Origin: a bacterium BMS3Abin01
Lineage (GTDB): Bacteria > Actinomycetota > Thermoleophilia > BMS3ABIN01
DNA length: 64,000 bases
Assembly (NCBI GenBank): GCA_002897715.1
Contig: BDUA01000040.1
Span: 1,142 to 65,141, forward strand
Direction of reading: 5' to 3'
Shown here piece by piece: positions 44,785-53,305 of the stretch (the stretch's first letter is position 1; every line of letters begins with the position of its first letter). A program made the translations under genes and the position numbers. Under the pieces are notes generated by a model. That model was not told the DNA's origin. It did no database searches and saw nothing but the letters and a program-made list of their open reading frames with translations.

Positions 44785-46960
44785 CCTTGAGTCCGATGCG
44801 CTGCTTACCCCGATCCTCGCGGACCTCGATGACCTCGACCCTCACCATCTGGCCGCGCTTGACTACATCTTCGACCTTATTGACGCGGTTCTCAGCGAGA
44901 TTGGAGATATGCGCCAGCCCGTCCACGCCCCGCTTGAGCTCCACGAAAGCGCCGAAGTCGGTGACCTTGACCACCTTACCGACTATGACGTCGCCCTTCT
45001 CTACGTCCTTGGTAAGGTCGGTGATGCGCTTGATGACCGCCTCGGCGCTGGCGCCATCGGTGGAGGCGATGAACACCATGCCGTCCTCCTCCACATCGAT
45101 GGAGACGTCGAATTCATCCACCATGCCGCGGATGGTCTCGCCGCCCTTGCCGATGATGGCGCCGATCTTGTCCGGGTTTATCTGAATGGTGAAGATGCGC
45201 GGCGCGTACTCCGAGAGCTCGGCGCGCGGCTCCGGCAGAACCTCGAGCATCTTGCCCAGGACGAACTCGCGGCCGCGTTTGGCCTGTTCCAGCGCCTCGG
45301 CCATGATCTCGGGAGTAATGCCTTCCTTGATCTTCAGATCCATCTGGATGGCGGTCATGCCCTCGCTGGTGCCGGCTACCTTGAAGTCCATGTCGCCCAG
45401 GTGGTCCTCTATGCCGGCGATATCGGTAAGTATCACGTAGTGGCGGTCCACGTCTTCGGAGCCACACTCCAGGCAGCGGCGCAGGAATACGCCCTCATGA
45501 CCGCAGGCGCGGCAGGTGCTGCGAACCACCAGGCCGATGGCGATGCCCGCGACCGGCCGCTTTATCTGTATACCCGCGTCCATCAGCGCCAGCGTCGAAC
45601 CACAAGTGCTGGCCATGGACGAGGAGCCGTTGCTCTCCAGGATCTCGCTCACCAGGCGGATGGTATAGGGGAAGTCCTTCTCGTCGGGGATCATGGGGAT
45701 CAGGGCTTTCTCCGCCAGGGCCCCGTGCCCGATGTCACGGCGCTTGGGGCCGCGCATGAAGCCGGTCTCACCCACCGAGAACGGCGGGAAGTTGTAATGG
45801 TGGATATAGTGCTTGCTCTCTTCCAGCCCCAGGCCGTCGATACGCTGTTCGTCGCCCACTGAACCCAGGGTAAGCAGGGTCATCGCCTGCGTCTGACCGC
45901 GGGTGAACAGCGCCGAGCCATGGGTGCGCGGCGCCACGCCTACTTCGCAGCTGATGTGCCTGACCTCTTCGGCGCCGCGGCCGTCGGGACGGCGTTTGTC
46001 CACGGCGATACTGCGCCGCACCACGTCCTTCTCCACCGCCTTGAGTATGGAGGTCACCTCACCCGCCAGCTCCTCGGGTGAATCGTCGTTGATCAGCTGC
46101 TTGCGCACCTTATTACGTATCTCCTCGATACGATTGGAACGCTCACGCTTGTCGGTGACGAGGTTGGCCTCCTCCAGCCCGGCACGGGCCAGAGATTCGA
46201 CCTTGCCGTAGAGTCCCTGGTCGACCTCAGGCTCTTCAAACGGCCACTTCTCCTTGCCCGCCGCCCGGCGCAGCTCCTCCTGCAGCTGACAGAGCTGCCG
46301 GATCGGCTCCTGCGCCATCCTGACCGCGGCCATGGCTGTCTCCTCGCTGACCTCGTCACCGCCCGCCTCCAGCATGAGGATCGAGTCCTCGGTGCCGGCG
46401 ATGATCATGTTGAGGTCCAGTTCGGAGAACTGGGGCAGCGTGGGATTGATGACCAGTTCGCCACCGATGCTGCCGACCCTCACCGCCGCTATCGGCCCCT
46501 GAAAAGGGACCTCCGAGATGGTCAGCGCCGCCGAAGCCCCCAGCAGCGCCATCACATCATAGGCGTTCTCCTGGTCGGTGGAGAGGATGGTGGCGATGAT
46601 CTGCACTTCGTTGGAGAAGCCGCGGGGAAAACGGGGCCTCACCGGCCGGTCTATCAGCCGCGCCGTCAGTATCGCCTTCTCGCTGGGGCGCGCCTCCCGC
46701 TTGATGAAGCCGCCGGGAATCTTGCCGGCCGCGTACATCCTCTCTTCAATATCAACGGTGAGCGGAAAGAAGTCGATACCCTCTTTCGGCTCCGTTCTGG
46801 CGGTAGCGGTGACCAGCAGCATGGTGTCGCCGCAACGGACCTGGACCGCGCCGTTGGCCTGAGCGGCCAGCCTGCCGGTCTGTAAGGTAATGGTTTTCCC
46901 GCCGATCTCGGCGCTTTTCTCGATAACCTGTTTTTTTAATACCTGATTTTCTTCAGACAA
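44759..46960 (-). CDS. pnp: polyribonucleotide nucleotidyltransferase (PNPase), with a Cys4 insertion in the second RNase PH domain
   Basis: Two RNase PH domains (...FPLTVDIEERMYAAGKIPGGF.KREARP; DHLGDMDFKVAGT), a KH domain (IGKGG..IR) and an S1 domain (G.V..V..FGAFVEL). TTG start with AAGGAGA 6 nt upstream. Confidence 0.95.
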   Translation of the reverse strand: MSEENQVLKKQVIEKSAEIGGKTITLQTGRLAAQANGAVQVRCGDTMLLVTATARTEPKEGIDFFPLTVDIEERMYAAGKIPGGFIKREARPSEKAILTARLIDRPVRPRFPRGFSNEVQIIATILSTDQENAYDVMALLGASAALTISEVPFQGPIAAVRVGSIGGELVINPTLPQFSELDLNMIIAGTEDSILMLEAGGDEVSEETAMAAVRMAQEPIRQLCQLQEELRRAAGKEKWPFEEPEVDQGLYGKVESLARAGLEEANLVTDKRERSNRIEEIRNKVRKQLINDDSPEELAGEVTSILKAVEKDVVRRSIAVDKRRPDGRGAEEVRHISCEVGVAPRTHGSALFTRGQTQAMTLLTLGSVGDEQRIDGLGLEESKHYIHHYNFPPFSVGETGFMRGPKRRDIGHGALAEKALIPMIPDEKDFPYTIRLVSEILESNGSSSMASTCGSTLALMDAGIQIKRPVAGIAIGLVVRSTCRACGHEGVFLRRCLECGSEDVDRHYVILTDIAGIEDHLGDMDFKVAGTSEGMTAIQMDLKIKEGITPEIMAEALEQAKRGREFVLGKMLEVLPEPRAELSEYAPRIFTIQINPDKIGAIIGKGGETIRGMVDEFDVSIDVEEDGMVFIASTDGASAEAVIKRITDLTKDVEKGDVIVGKVVKVTDFGAFVELKRGVDGLAHISNLAENRVNKVEDVVKRGQMVRVEVIEVREDRGKQRIGLKVVDPNPEV

Positions 46961-47038
46961 GATATGTCTCCTTGAGCTTTGGCATCCGGGGTCGCCACGG
47001 ACTAATTACCGCGGGATTTCCGCTTCCGTTGCCCGGCC

Positions 47039-47089
47039 CTAGGCTCAAGGCTCAGAATCCCGAGCGGGGATCCTCAGCCTCAGGCCTAG
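47039..47089 (-). promoter_or_regulatory. long imperfect hairpin in the 315-nt rpsO-pnp spacer, a candidate processing/autoregulatory element
   Basis: It has roughly 22 paired positions. Three plus-strand A.C mismatches become G.U pairs in the minus-strand RNA, which suggests it functions in the rpsO-pnp transcript. Confidence 0.4.
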
Positions 47090-47274
47090 AGCGATTCTCT
47101 TCCAGACACGGTAGCGTCCCGAAACGCGATGGACCATGAAGTAAGATTTATCAGGAGTGCAGAGTGGACTCAGATGGATGGAGTGAAGAGTGGTACCGGA
47201 TTTTATTCAGCCTGGTCAGTAGTCTTCCTCCGGTCGCCGCACGCGACGGCCTTATCCGGGCTACGACCTGCCTC

Positions 47275-47544
47275 CTATTTTCTCAATCCAAGTTCCTTGA
47301 CTAATGTACGATAGCGGTCGAGGTTCTTCCCTTGCAGATAGGACAGCAACCGCCGCCTCTTCCCCACCATCTTCAGCAACCCTCTGCGCGAGTGGTGATC
47401 CTTCTTATGGGTCTTGAGATGCTCGGTGAGGCCGTTGATTCGCTCCGTGAGTAGAGCTATCTGGACCTCGGGGGAGCCGGTATCACCCTCGTGGCTACTG
47501 AACTTACCTATCACCGAATCCTTGTTTTCCCTGGTTAGTGTCAA
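47275..47544 (-). CDS. rpsO: 30S ribosomal protein S15
   Basis: 89 aa with [41 protein letters not shown] start with GGAGGTGA upstream. Confidence 0.95.
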   Translation of the reverse strand: MTLTRENKDSVIGKFSSHEGDTGSPEVQIALLTERINGLTEHLKTHKKDHHSRRGLLKMVGKRRRLLSYLQGKNLDRYRTLVKELGLRK

Positions 47545-47680
47545 TCTCTCACCTCCTTTATCTTGTTTCCGCTTCGTGGGGAATGATTCACACGGAAAAA
47601 TCTTAGCATAGTGGGCTATAAAAGGCGAACGACGCCGGTTCAGGTTCCCCCTGCCAGTGCCGATACGTTAACACACCCGG

Positions 47681-48787
47681 ATGAGGTTCCTGAACGTGTC
47701 CGGGCAGACAGTTCGGGGGAAAATGGGAGGTACTTCCAAAAGCGGCGGGATGGCATCCATCCACCCATCGCCGGTGCGGGGCGTACGCTTGGCTTCATCA
47801 TTCCTGCCTGGTCTGCTTCTGTGTGCCGCGATCGCGCTTCCGGCGTTCGAGCTGTCAAGGTACAATGCGTCACTCGACGCCCTGGCACTATCTCTCATAT
47901 TAGGCATGGTGCTCAGAAATGTGCTCGGCCCCAGCGTCAGCGTCATGCCGGGTGTCCGCCTGGCCGGCACGGTCTTCATACCTGTCGGCATCATCCTTTA
48001 CGGTACCCGGCTCGATTTCCTCATCTTCACCGGTCTGCCGGCCTTTTCCATCATCCTGGTGATATCCAGTGTGGGGCTGTTCTTCCTCACCATTCTGTTG
48101 ATGGCCGGCGCCCTGGGCGTCAATCGCGGTACCGGCCTGCTGATAGCCTCCGGCTCAGCCATCTGCGGCGCCTCGGCCATAGCCGTACTGTCGCCGGTGG
48201 TGGGCGCGCGGGACCGGGACATGTCCATGGCGCTGATCGTGACCACGGTGGCGGGTCTGACCGGAGCCCTGCTATATCCGCTCATCAGCGACTGGCTGTC
48301 GCTGTCGGAAAAGGTCTACGGGGTCTTCTGCGGTTCCACCCTGCAGCAGACCGGTATCGTCCGCCTGGCGGCTTCCCACATGGGCGCGGGAGCGCTGGAC
48401 CTGGCCATCCCGGTGAAGATGCTGCGGATAGCGATGCTGGCGCCGGCGGCCGCGACCCTGGCCATGACCACCTCCATGAAGGCAACAGGGAGGAGCGATA
48501 CCGGCGGGGCCGGCAAAATACTCATGGCCCTGAAGCGGGCCTGGTTCATCCCGGTGTTCGTAGCCGTGGCTCTGGTCTTTTCCTTTGTAGAGCCGGCGGT
48601 AACGGCCCGGGGTTCAATAAAGCCGTTTGCCACCATCTTTCTGTCGCTGGCGCTGGCCAGTATCGGCCTCAGGGTCGATTTTGATTCCATAAGATCCATG
48701 GGTTCGCGACCGTTGCTTCTCGGGTTCGCCGGCTGGGCGCTGGTCGGCTCAATCATCCTGCTGGCATTATTGATCCTTACCAGGTGA
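47681..48787 (+). CDS. YeiH/UPF0324-family membrane protein (putative sulfate-exporter family transporter)
   Basis: VGIILYGTRLDF, IASGSAICGASAIA and VKMLRIAMLAP closely parallel E. coli YeiH (LGIILYGFRLTF, IGAGSSICGAAAV, KMLRVMMLAP). The true start may be an internal ATG at 47723 or 47750. Confidence 0.8.
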   Translation: MRFLNVSGQTVRGKMGGTSKSGGMASIHPSPVRGVRLASSFLPGLLLCAAIALPAFELSRYNASLDALALSLILGMVLRNVLGPSVSVMPGVRLAGTVFIPVGIILYGTRLDFLIFTGLPAFSIILVISSVGLFFLTILLMAGALGVNRGTGLLIASGSAICGASAIAVLSPVVGARDRDMSMALIVTTVAGLTGALLYPLISDWLSLSEKVYGVFCGSTLQQTGIVRLAASHMGAGALDLAIPVKMLRIAMLAPAAATLAMTTSMKATGRSDTGGAGKILMALKRAWFIPVFVAVALVFSFVEPAVTARGSIKPFATIFLSLALASIGLRVDFDSIRSMGSRPLLLGFAGWALVGSIILLALLILTR

Positions 48788-50751
48788 TCGGATTGAAAAG
48801 AAGCATCTTCCAGAAGACCGTCCTGATATTCATGGTAGTGGCCCTGGTGCCGGCTGCCATCATCAGCCTGAGAAACATCAACGTCTTCGCCGACCACCTG
48901 GATGCCATGGTGAACGACAACACCCTGTCCCAGACCCAGGCAGACGGACAGCTGCGTGAATTGAGGACGCAGCAGCTGATTTACGGCGGCTATGGCGCCG
49001 CCATAGCCCTGATCCTCGGTTATTTCTTCGCCGCCAGCCTGGTCAAGCCCATACGGACGCTGCAGGTGGGGGCACGCAAGATCGGTGACGGTGACCTCGA
49101 GTCCAGAGTGGAAACCAACACCGAAGACGAGCTGGCGGAGCTGGCGGAAACAATCAACCAGATGGCCGACTCGCTCCAGGCCCGCGAGTCCGAGTTACGG
49201 CAACACAGCCAGGACCTGTCCCTGCTTTACCAGTTCGCCCATGATATCTCCGAATCGAACCGGCTGGACGAGTTGCTGTCAAAGGCGCTGAACAAGGCGC
49301 TGGAGATCACGGGGTCCAGGCATGGTTGCATATTCCTGATCGACAAGAACGGCGAGCTCCAGCCGGTTTTCTGTAACTACAACGGGGAGCGGGCGGACGG
49401 CAACGATACCAAGGCATTCACCGACGCCGCTACCTCGGCGAGCGCTTCCGGCGAACCCGCCATTATCAGGTACGGCGGCAGGGATGAGGACAAGACGGTC
49501 GCCTGTATCGCCCTGACATACGAACAAACCATCCAGGGAGCTATATGCATAGCCGGCGCGGCGGCCGACTTCCCCGAAGACACCATGAAACTGCTGATGG
49601 CCATCAGCAGTGAGGCTGCTGTCGCCATCGAGAACAGCCGGCTGCTGGGTCAACTGGAGAAGCAAAACAGTGAGCTGTCGCGGGCGACGGAAGAGCTGGC
49701 CAGCCTGATACGGAGAGCGGAAGAGAAGGAGGGCTTTGGTATCAGGTACCAGAACGCAAACCTGATCAAATGCTGGGAGGTCAAGAACTGTCGGCAAAAA
49801 CAATGCCCCTCCTACGAATCCGACAACCTGCGCTGCTGGCAGATCGCGGGGACCCATTGCGGCGGCGATACCCAGGGTGTCTTCGCCCGCAAGCTGTGCC
49901 AATGCGAAAAATGCGAGGTCTTCCAAAGCGCCTGTCCCGACAAGATCACCGCCCTGGGCGAGACGTTCAACAATATGATGGCGGCCCTGGAGCAGGAGGT
50001 TACGGACCGGGAGGATCTGCAACAGCAGCTGTTCAATTCCACCAAGCTGGCTGCCATCGGTGAACTGGCGGCGGAAGTGGCGCACGAGATCAATAACCCC
50101 ATGACCGGCATCCTCACCAATGCCATCATGATAAAAACCATGGATTTTGATGATAAGGAGATCCTGGACAAGATCGGTGTGATTGAAAGCGAGGCGTTCC
50201 GGACCCGGGAGATAGTTCATAACCTGCTGGACTTCGCCCACGAAGAGAGCGGGTTCAGGCCGGAGCCCATCGATATCAGGGATATCCTGGAACACACCAT
50301 CACCCTGGTGGATTACCAGGCGTCCCTGGCTTCGGTGACCATCGAGACGGATTACGCCGGCCAGTTGCCGCAGGCGGTGGTCGACGCCAACCATATCAAA
50401 CAGGTGTTCCTCAATATCATCATCAACGCCATCCATGCCATGCCGTCAGGCGGGAAGTTGACCGTCGGCGTAAACAGCCCCGCCAGCGACGCCACCAACC
50501 AGATGCTCCGGGTCAGCTTCAGCGACACCGGCACCGGCATGGACGAGGAGAAAAAGGCGCGGATCTTCGATCCCTTCTTCACCACCAAACAGGCGGGCAA
50601 GGGAACGGGGCTGGGATTGGCGGTGGCTCAGCGCATCGTCGCCGAGCACGGCGGTGAGATCACGGTGGAATCAGAACCAGGCAAGGGCGCCACCTTCACC
50701 ATCACCCTGCCGGCCAGATCAGCGGCAAGCCACGAGCAGGACGCCGCCTGA
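48784..50751 (+). CDS. sensor histidine kinase: 2 TM helices, HAMP, GAF, a Cys-rich module, HisKA and HATPase
   Basis: HAMP (...DELAELAETINQMADSLQ), GAF-like (LEITGSRHGCIFLID...), 9 Cys between 49771 and 49935, H-box AAEVAHEINNP, and N/G boxes (...INAIHAM..GG.L; DTGTGM; GTGLGLAV). The GTG start overlaps the transporter stop (GTGA). No response regulator is adjacent. Confidence 0.85.
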   Translation: MIGLKRSIFQKTVLIFMVVALVPAAIISLRNINVFADHLDAMVNDNTLSQTQADGQLRELRTQQLIYGGYGAAIALILGYFFAASLVKPIRTLQVGARKIGDGDLESRVETNTEDELAELAETINQMADSLQARESELRQHSQDLSLLYQFAHDISESNRLDELLSKALNKALEITGSRHGCIFLIDKNGELQPVFCNYNGERADGNDTKAFTDAATSASASGEPAIIRYGGRDEDKTVACIALTYEQTIQGAICIAGAAADFPEDTMKLLMAISSEAAVAIENSRLLGQLEKQNSELSRATEELASLIRRAEEKEGFGIRYQNANLIKCWEVKNCRQKQCPSYESDNLRCWQIAGTHCGGDTQGVFARKLCQCEKCEVFQSACPDKITALGETFNNMMAALEQEVTDREDLQQQLFNSTKLAAIGELAAEVAHEINNPMTGILTNAIMIKTMDFDDKEILDKIGVIESEAFRTREIVHNLLDFAHEESGFRPEPIDIRDILEHTITLVDYQASLASVTIETDYAGQLPQAVVDANHIKQVFLNIIINAIHAMPSGGKLTVGVNSPASDATNQMLRVSFSDTGTGMDEEKKARIFDPFFTTKQAGKGTGLGLAVAQRIVAEHGGEITVESEPGKGATFTITLPARSAASHEQDAA

Positions 50752-50772
50752 GCCGGCGACACTCCGGACTAT

Positions 50773-51729
50773 CTAACCTTGCCGCCGGGCAGCGAAACCC
50801 TCATAAGCACGCGCGGCGGCGATATCCTTCCCTATTTGCTCCACCAGCTGTTCGGGACCGTCGAACTTCATCTCGCCGCGCAGCCGTTCGAGAAAGTCGA
50901 TACGCACATCCATGCCGTAGATGTTACGGTCGAAGTCCAGAATATGGGCCTCGATGCGCATCTTGGCGTCGCTGTCGTCGTCGGTGGCGCAGAAGGTAGG
51001 GTTGTGACCGATATTCACCAGGCAGGCATATGCCTGCCTGCCGACGAACAGGTCCGCCAGATAGACACCCCGGCCCGGGAAGATGCAGTCGACGCGGGCG
51101 TCTATGTTGGCCGTCCTGACCCCCAGGGTACGGCCACGTTTGTCACCATGGACGACCTTGCCGTGGGTCGAAGGGGGGCGTCCCAGTATCTCACGCACTT
51201 CGCCCAGCGAGCCCTCTACCAGCAGGTTACGGATGCGCGTGGAGGAGATGGGCTTGCCGCCTGCCTCCACCAGTGGCACGGCGGTGACCTGCATGCCCTT
51301 GTTCTTGCCGTAGTCGGCCAGATACTTCACGTCCCCTTCCGCCTTGTAGCCGAAACGGAAGTTCTCACCGACAACCACATGGATGGCCCCCAGCGACGAC
51401 GAGAACAGCATGTCGCAGAACTCTCCCGGCGGCAGGCGCGAGAACTCCTTTTCGAAGGGGATGATGAGCAGTTCGTCCACGTCCAGATCCTCGATGAGGT
51501 CGGTCTTGACGTTGAGCGGCGTCAGGATCGGCGGGCATTTCTCCGGAGCGATCACCGACAGGGGATGGGGGTGGAAGGTTATCACCATGCTCCTGGCATC
51601 CACGTCACGTGCTATCTCAACCGCTTCATTGATGATGCGCTGGTGGCCGATATGAACGCCGTCAAAGGTGCCTATGGCAGCGACGCGGCGGCCCCGCGGC
51701 ACGTCATCCATACTGCGGTATATCCTCAT
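50773..51729 (-). CDS. ribF: bifunctional riboflavin kinase / FMN adenylyltransferase
   Basis: IGTFDGVHIGHQ, ITFHPHP, and a C-terminal GRTLG..TAN and RIEAHILDF motif. Confidence 0.9.
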   Translation of the reverse strand: MRIYRSMDDVPRGRRVAAIGTFDGVHIGHQRIINEAVEIARDVDARSMVITFHPHPLSVIAPEKCPPILTPLNVKTDLIEDLDVDELLIIPFEKEFSRLPPGEFCDMLFSSSLGAIHVVVGENFRFGYKAEGDVKYLADYGKNKGMQVTAVPLVEAGGKPISSTRIRNLLVEGSLGEVREILGRPPSTHGKVVHGDKRGRTLGVRTANIDARVDCIFPGRGVYLADLFVGRQAYACLVNIGHNPTFCATDDDSDAKMRIEAHILDFDRNIYGMDVRIDFLERLRGEMKFDGPEQLVEQIGKDIAAARAYEGFAARRQG

Positions 51730-52634
51730 AGGAATATCACTCTCGGATAGATCGATTCCTCCGTTTCACCCGGGCCGTAGACCGCCACCAGTCTGTCTCC
51801 GACCACCAGCTTCACCGGCCCCGGCTCCGTGCCCTCTATCGGTCGACCGTAAGATACAGCCTGCAGCTCCTTTTCAGACAATTCTCTTACGGGAAGGAAA
51901 TATAACGCACCACAACAGGAAATAAAAGCCGGGTTGGCGTCTCCGAGCAGCGATTGTCGCGGCAGCGCCGCCAACTCCGCCAGGGAAGCGGCGTTGCCGG
52001 TGGTGAACTCACCAACCGCCGTCCGGCGCAACGCCAGGGTATAGGCGCCGGTGCCCATGGCCTTCCCCAGGTCCTCGCAGAGCTTCCTGATATAAGTGCC
52101 GCCGGAGCAGGTAATGGTCAGTTCCGCCTGTTGAAGCTGTTCATCAAAGCCGTCAAGCCGCAGGCTCCGGATATGGATCTCTCGCCAGGGAGGGTCCACC
52201 TGTTCGCCCCGCCGTACGCGCCGGTGGAGCGGCACACCGCCTATCTTGACCGCCGAATAAAGCGGCACCTGCTGACGGAGCCTGCCGGTGAACCGGGGCA
52301 GCGTGTCCTCCAGTTGCCGGCGGCTCACTTTTCCCGCTACCGGACTTATCTCGCCGTCTACGTCGCCTGTGACCGAGACCGCGCCGAAGCAGGCCGTGGC
52401 CCGGTATTCCTTCTCCAGGGGCGCCAGGTAGTCGAACAGTCGCGTGGCCTTGCCCAGGAGCACCAGCAGCAGGCCGGTGGCGAAGGGGTCGAGGGTGCCG
52501 CCGTGGCCTACCTTTTTCATGCCGGCCAGACGCCGCACACGGTCGACCACATCATGTGAGGTTATGCCCGCCGGCTTATCGACCACGAGGACACCGCAGG
52601 TTGGAGAAGCTGCCGACATCTTATTCCTGTTCAT
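51726..52634 (-). CDS. truB: tRNA pseudouridine(55) synthase
   Basis: GVLVVDKPAGITSHDVV and KKVGHGGTLDPFATGLL motifs. Confidence 0.9.
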   Translation of the reverse strand: MNRNKMSAASPTCGVLVVDKPAGITSHDVVDRVRRLAGMKKVGHGGTLDPFATGLLLVLLGKATRLFDYLAPLEKEYRATACFGAVSVTGDVDGEISPVAGKVSRRQLEDTLPRFTGRLRQQVPLYSAVKIGGVPLHRRVRRGEQVDPPWREIHIRSLRLDGFDEQLQQAELTITCSGGTYIRKLCEDLGKAMGTGAYTLALRRTAVGEFTTGNAASLAELAALPRQSLLGDANPAFISCCGALYFLPVRELSEKELQAVSYGRPIEGTEPGPVKLVVGDRLVAVYGPGETEESIYPRVIFL

Positions 52635-52965
52635 GCTCCTTGAGCAGCTTCTCTATCCTCATGCCCCGCTCGATGCTGTCGTCGTGCAGGAAGGACAGCT
52701 GGGGCGTGTTTCTCAGACTCAGCTGGTTGCCGATGAGTGATTGCAGGTATCCGCGGGAACATTCAAGGCCGGCCAGGGTCTCCTTCAATTGCCGCTCGTC
52801 CCCCATCACGCTCACATAGACACGGGCGTTCTTCAGGTCGGGAGAGGTGTCGACGGATATGACCGTGACAAATCCGATGCGGGGGTCCTTGAGCCCGGCA
52901 GCCAGCGTCTCGCTCAATACCTCGCGGACGGCCTCGTTCACCCGTCTCATCCTCTGACCGGCCAT
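52621..52965 (-). CDS. rbfA: ribosome-binding factor A
   Basis: R..RVNEAVREVLSE......KDPR.GFVT...V..S.DL..A.VYVS motif. Confidence 0.9.
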   Translation of the reverse strand: MAGQRMRRVNEAVREVLSETLAAGLKDPRIGFVTVISVDTSPDLKNARVYVSVMGDERQLKETLAGLECSRGYLQSLIGNQLSLRNTPQLSFLHDDSIERGMRIEKLLKEHEQE

Positions 52966-52966
52966 A

Positions 52967-53305
52967 TCAATCCCCCTCCATCTTGATTATCTCCTTCTGG
53001 ACCGTCGACAGCCGGCAGTCACGGCTTTCGATGAAACCGACCATCCGGCCCAGCGACTGCTCCAGTTCGCTACAGGAGGAGGAGCTGAGGGACAGGACCA
53101 GACGCGTACGCTGCCATAGCTCATGGTAGCCCACCTCGGCGACCGAGGCGCCGAACTTGCGGATGAGGTTGGCCTTCAGGCCGCGAAGGAACTGGCGCTT
53201 GTCCTTGAGGGAACCGTTCTCCGGGAAATGGATATCCACCGCCAGGATGCCGACGTAGCCATCAGCCCGGTTTGACTTCTTTCGTCTCGTAGAACTCAAG
53301 GACAT
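52967..53305 (-). CDS. DUF503 (YlxP-like) protein
   Basis: ...GILAVDIHFPENGSLKDKRQ.LR.LK..L..KF..SVAEV, with the conserved position between infB and rbfA. The ATG start overlaps the infB end by 44 nt. Confidence 0.7.
   Translation of the reverse strand: MSLSSTRRKKSNRADGYVGILAVDIHFPENGSLKDKRQFLRGLKANLIRKFGASVAEVGYHELWQRTRLVLSLSSSSCSELEQSLGRMVGFIESRDCRLSTVQKEIIKMEGD

Noticed and set aside
41695-44790. Very long plus-strand ORF (1031 aa), the longest in the track
   Set aside because: It is antisense to three recognisable minus-strand genes (mqnA, an Mqn radical SAM enzyme, the M16 peptidase). Its translation is low-complexity and Gly/Ala/Arg/His/Gln-rich with no motif. This is the classic stop-poor shadow frame of GC-rich DNA.
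47611-48684. 357-aa plus-strand ORF overlapping the YeiH-family gene
   Set aside because: It is an alternative frame of the same strand and is Arg/Gly/Pro/His-rich. The 47681 frame shows strong YeiH motifs and membrane-protein character.
49279-50436. 385-aa minus-strand ORF
   Set aside because: It is antisense to the histidine kinase, which has clear HAMP, H-box and N/G-box motifs. It is a shadow ORF. The same reasoning applies to 23634..24992, 25457..26758, 44606..45862 and 54153..55433.
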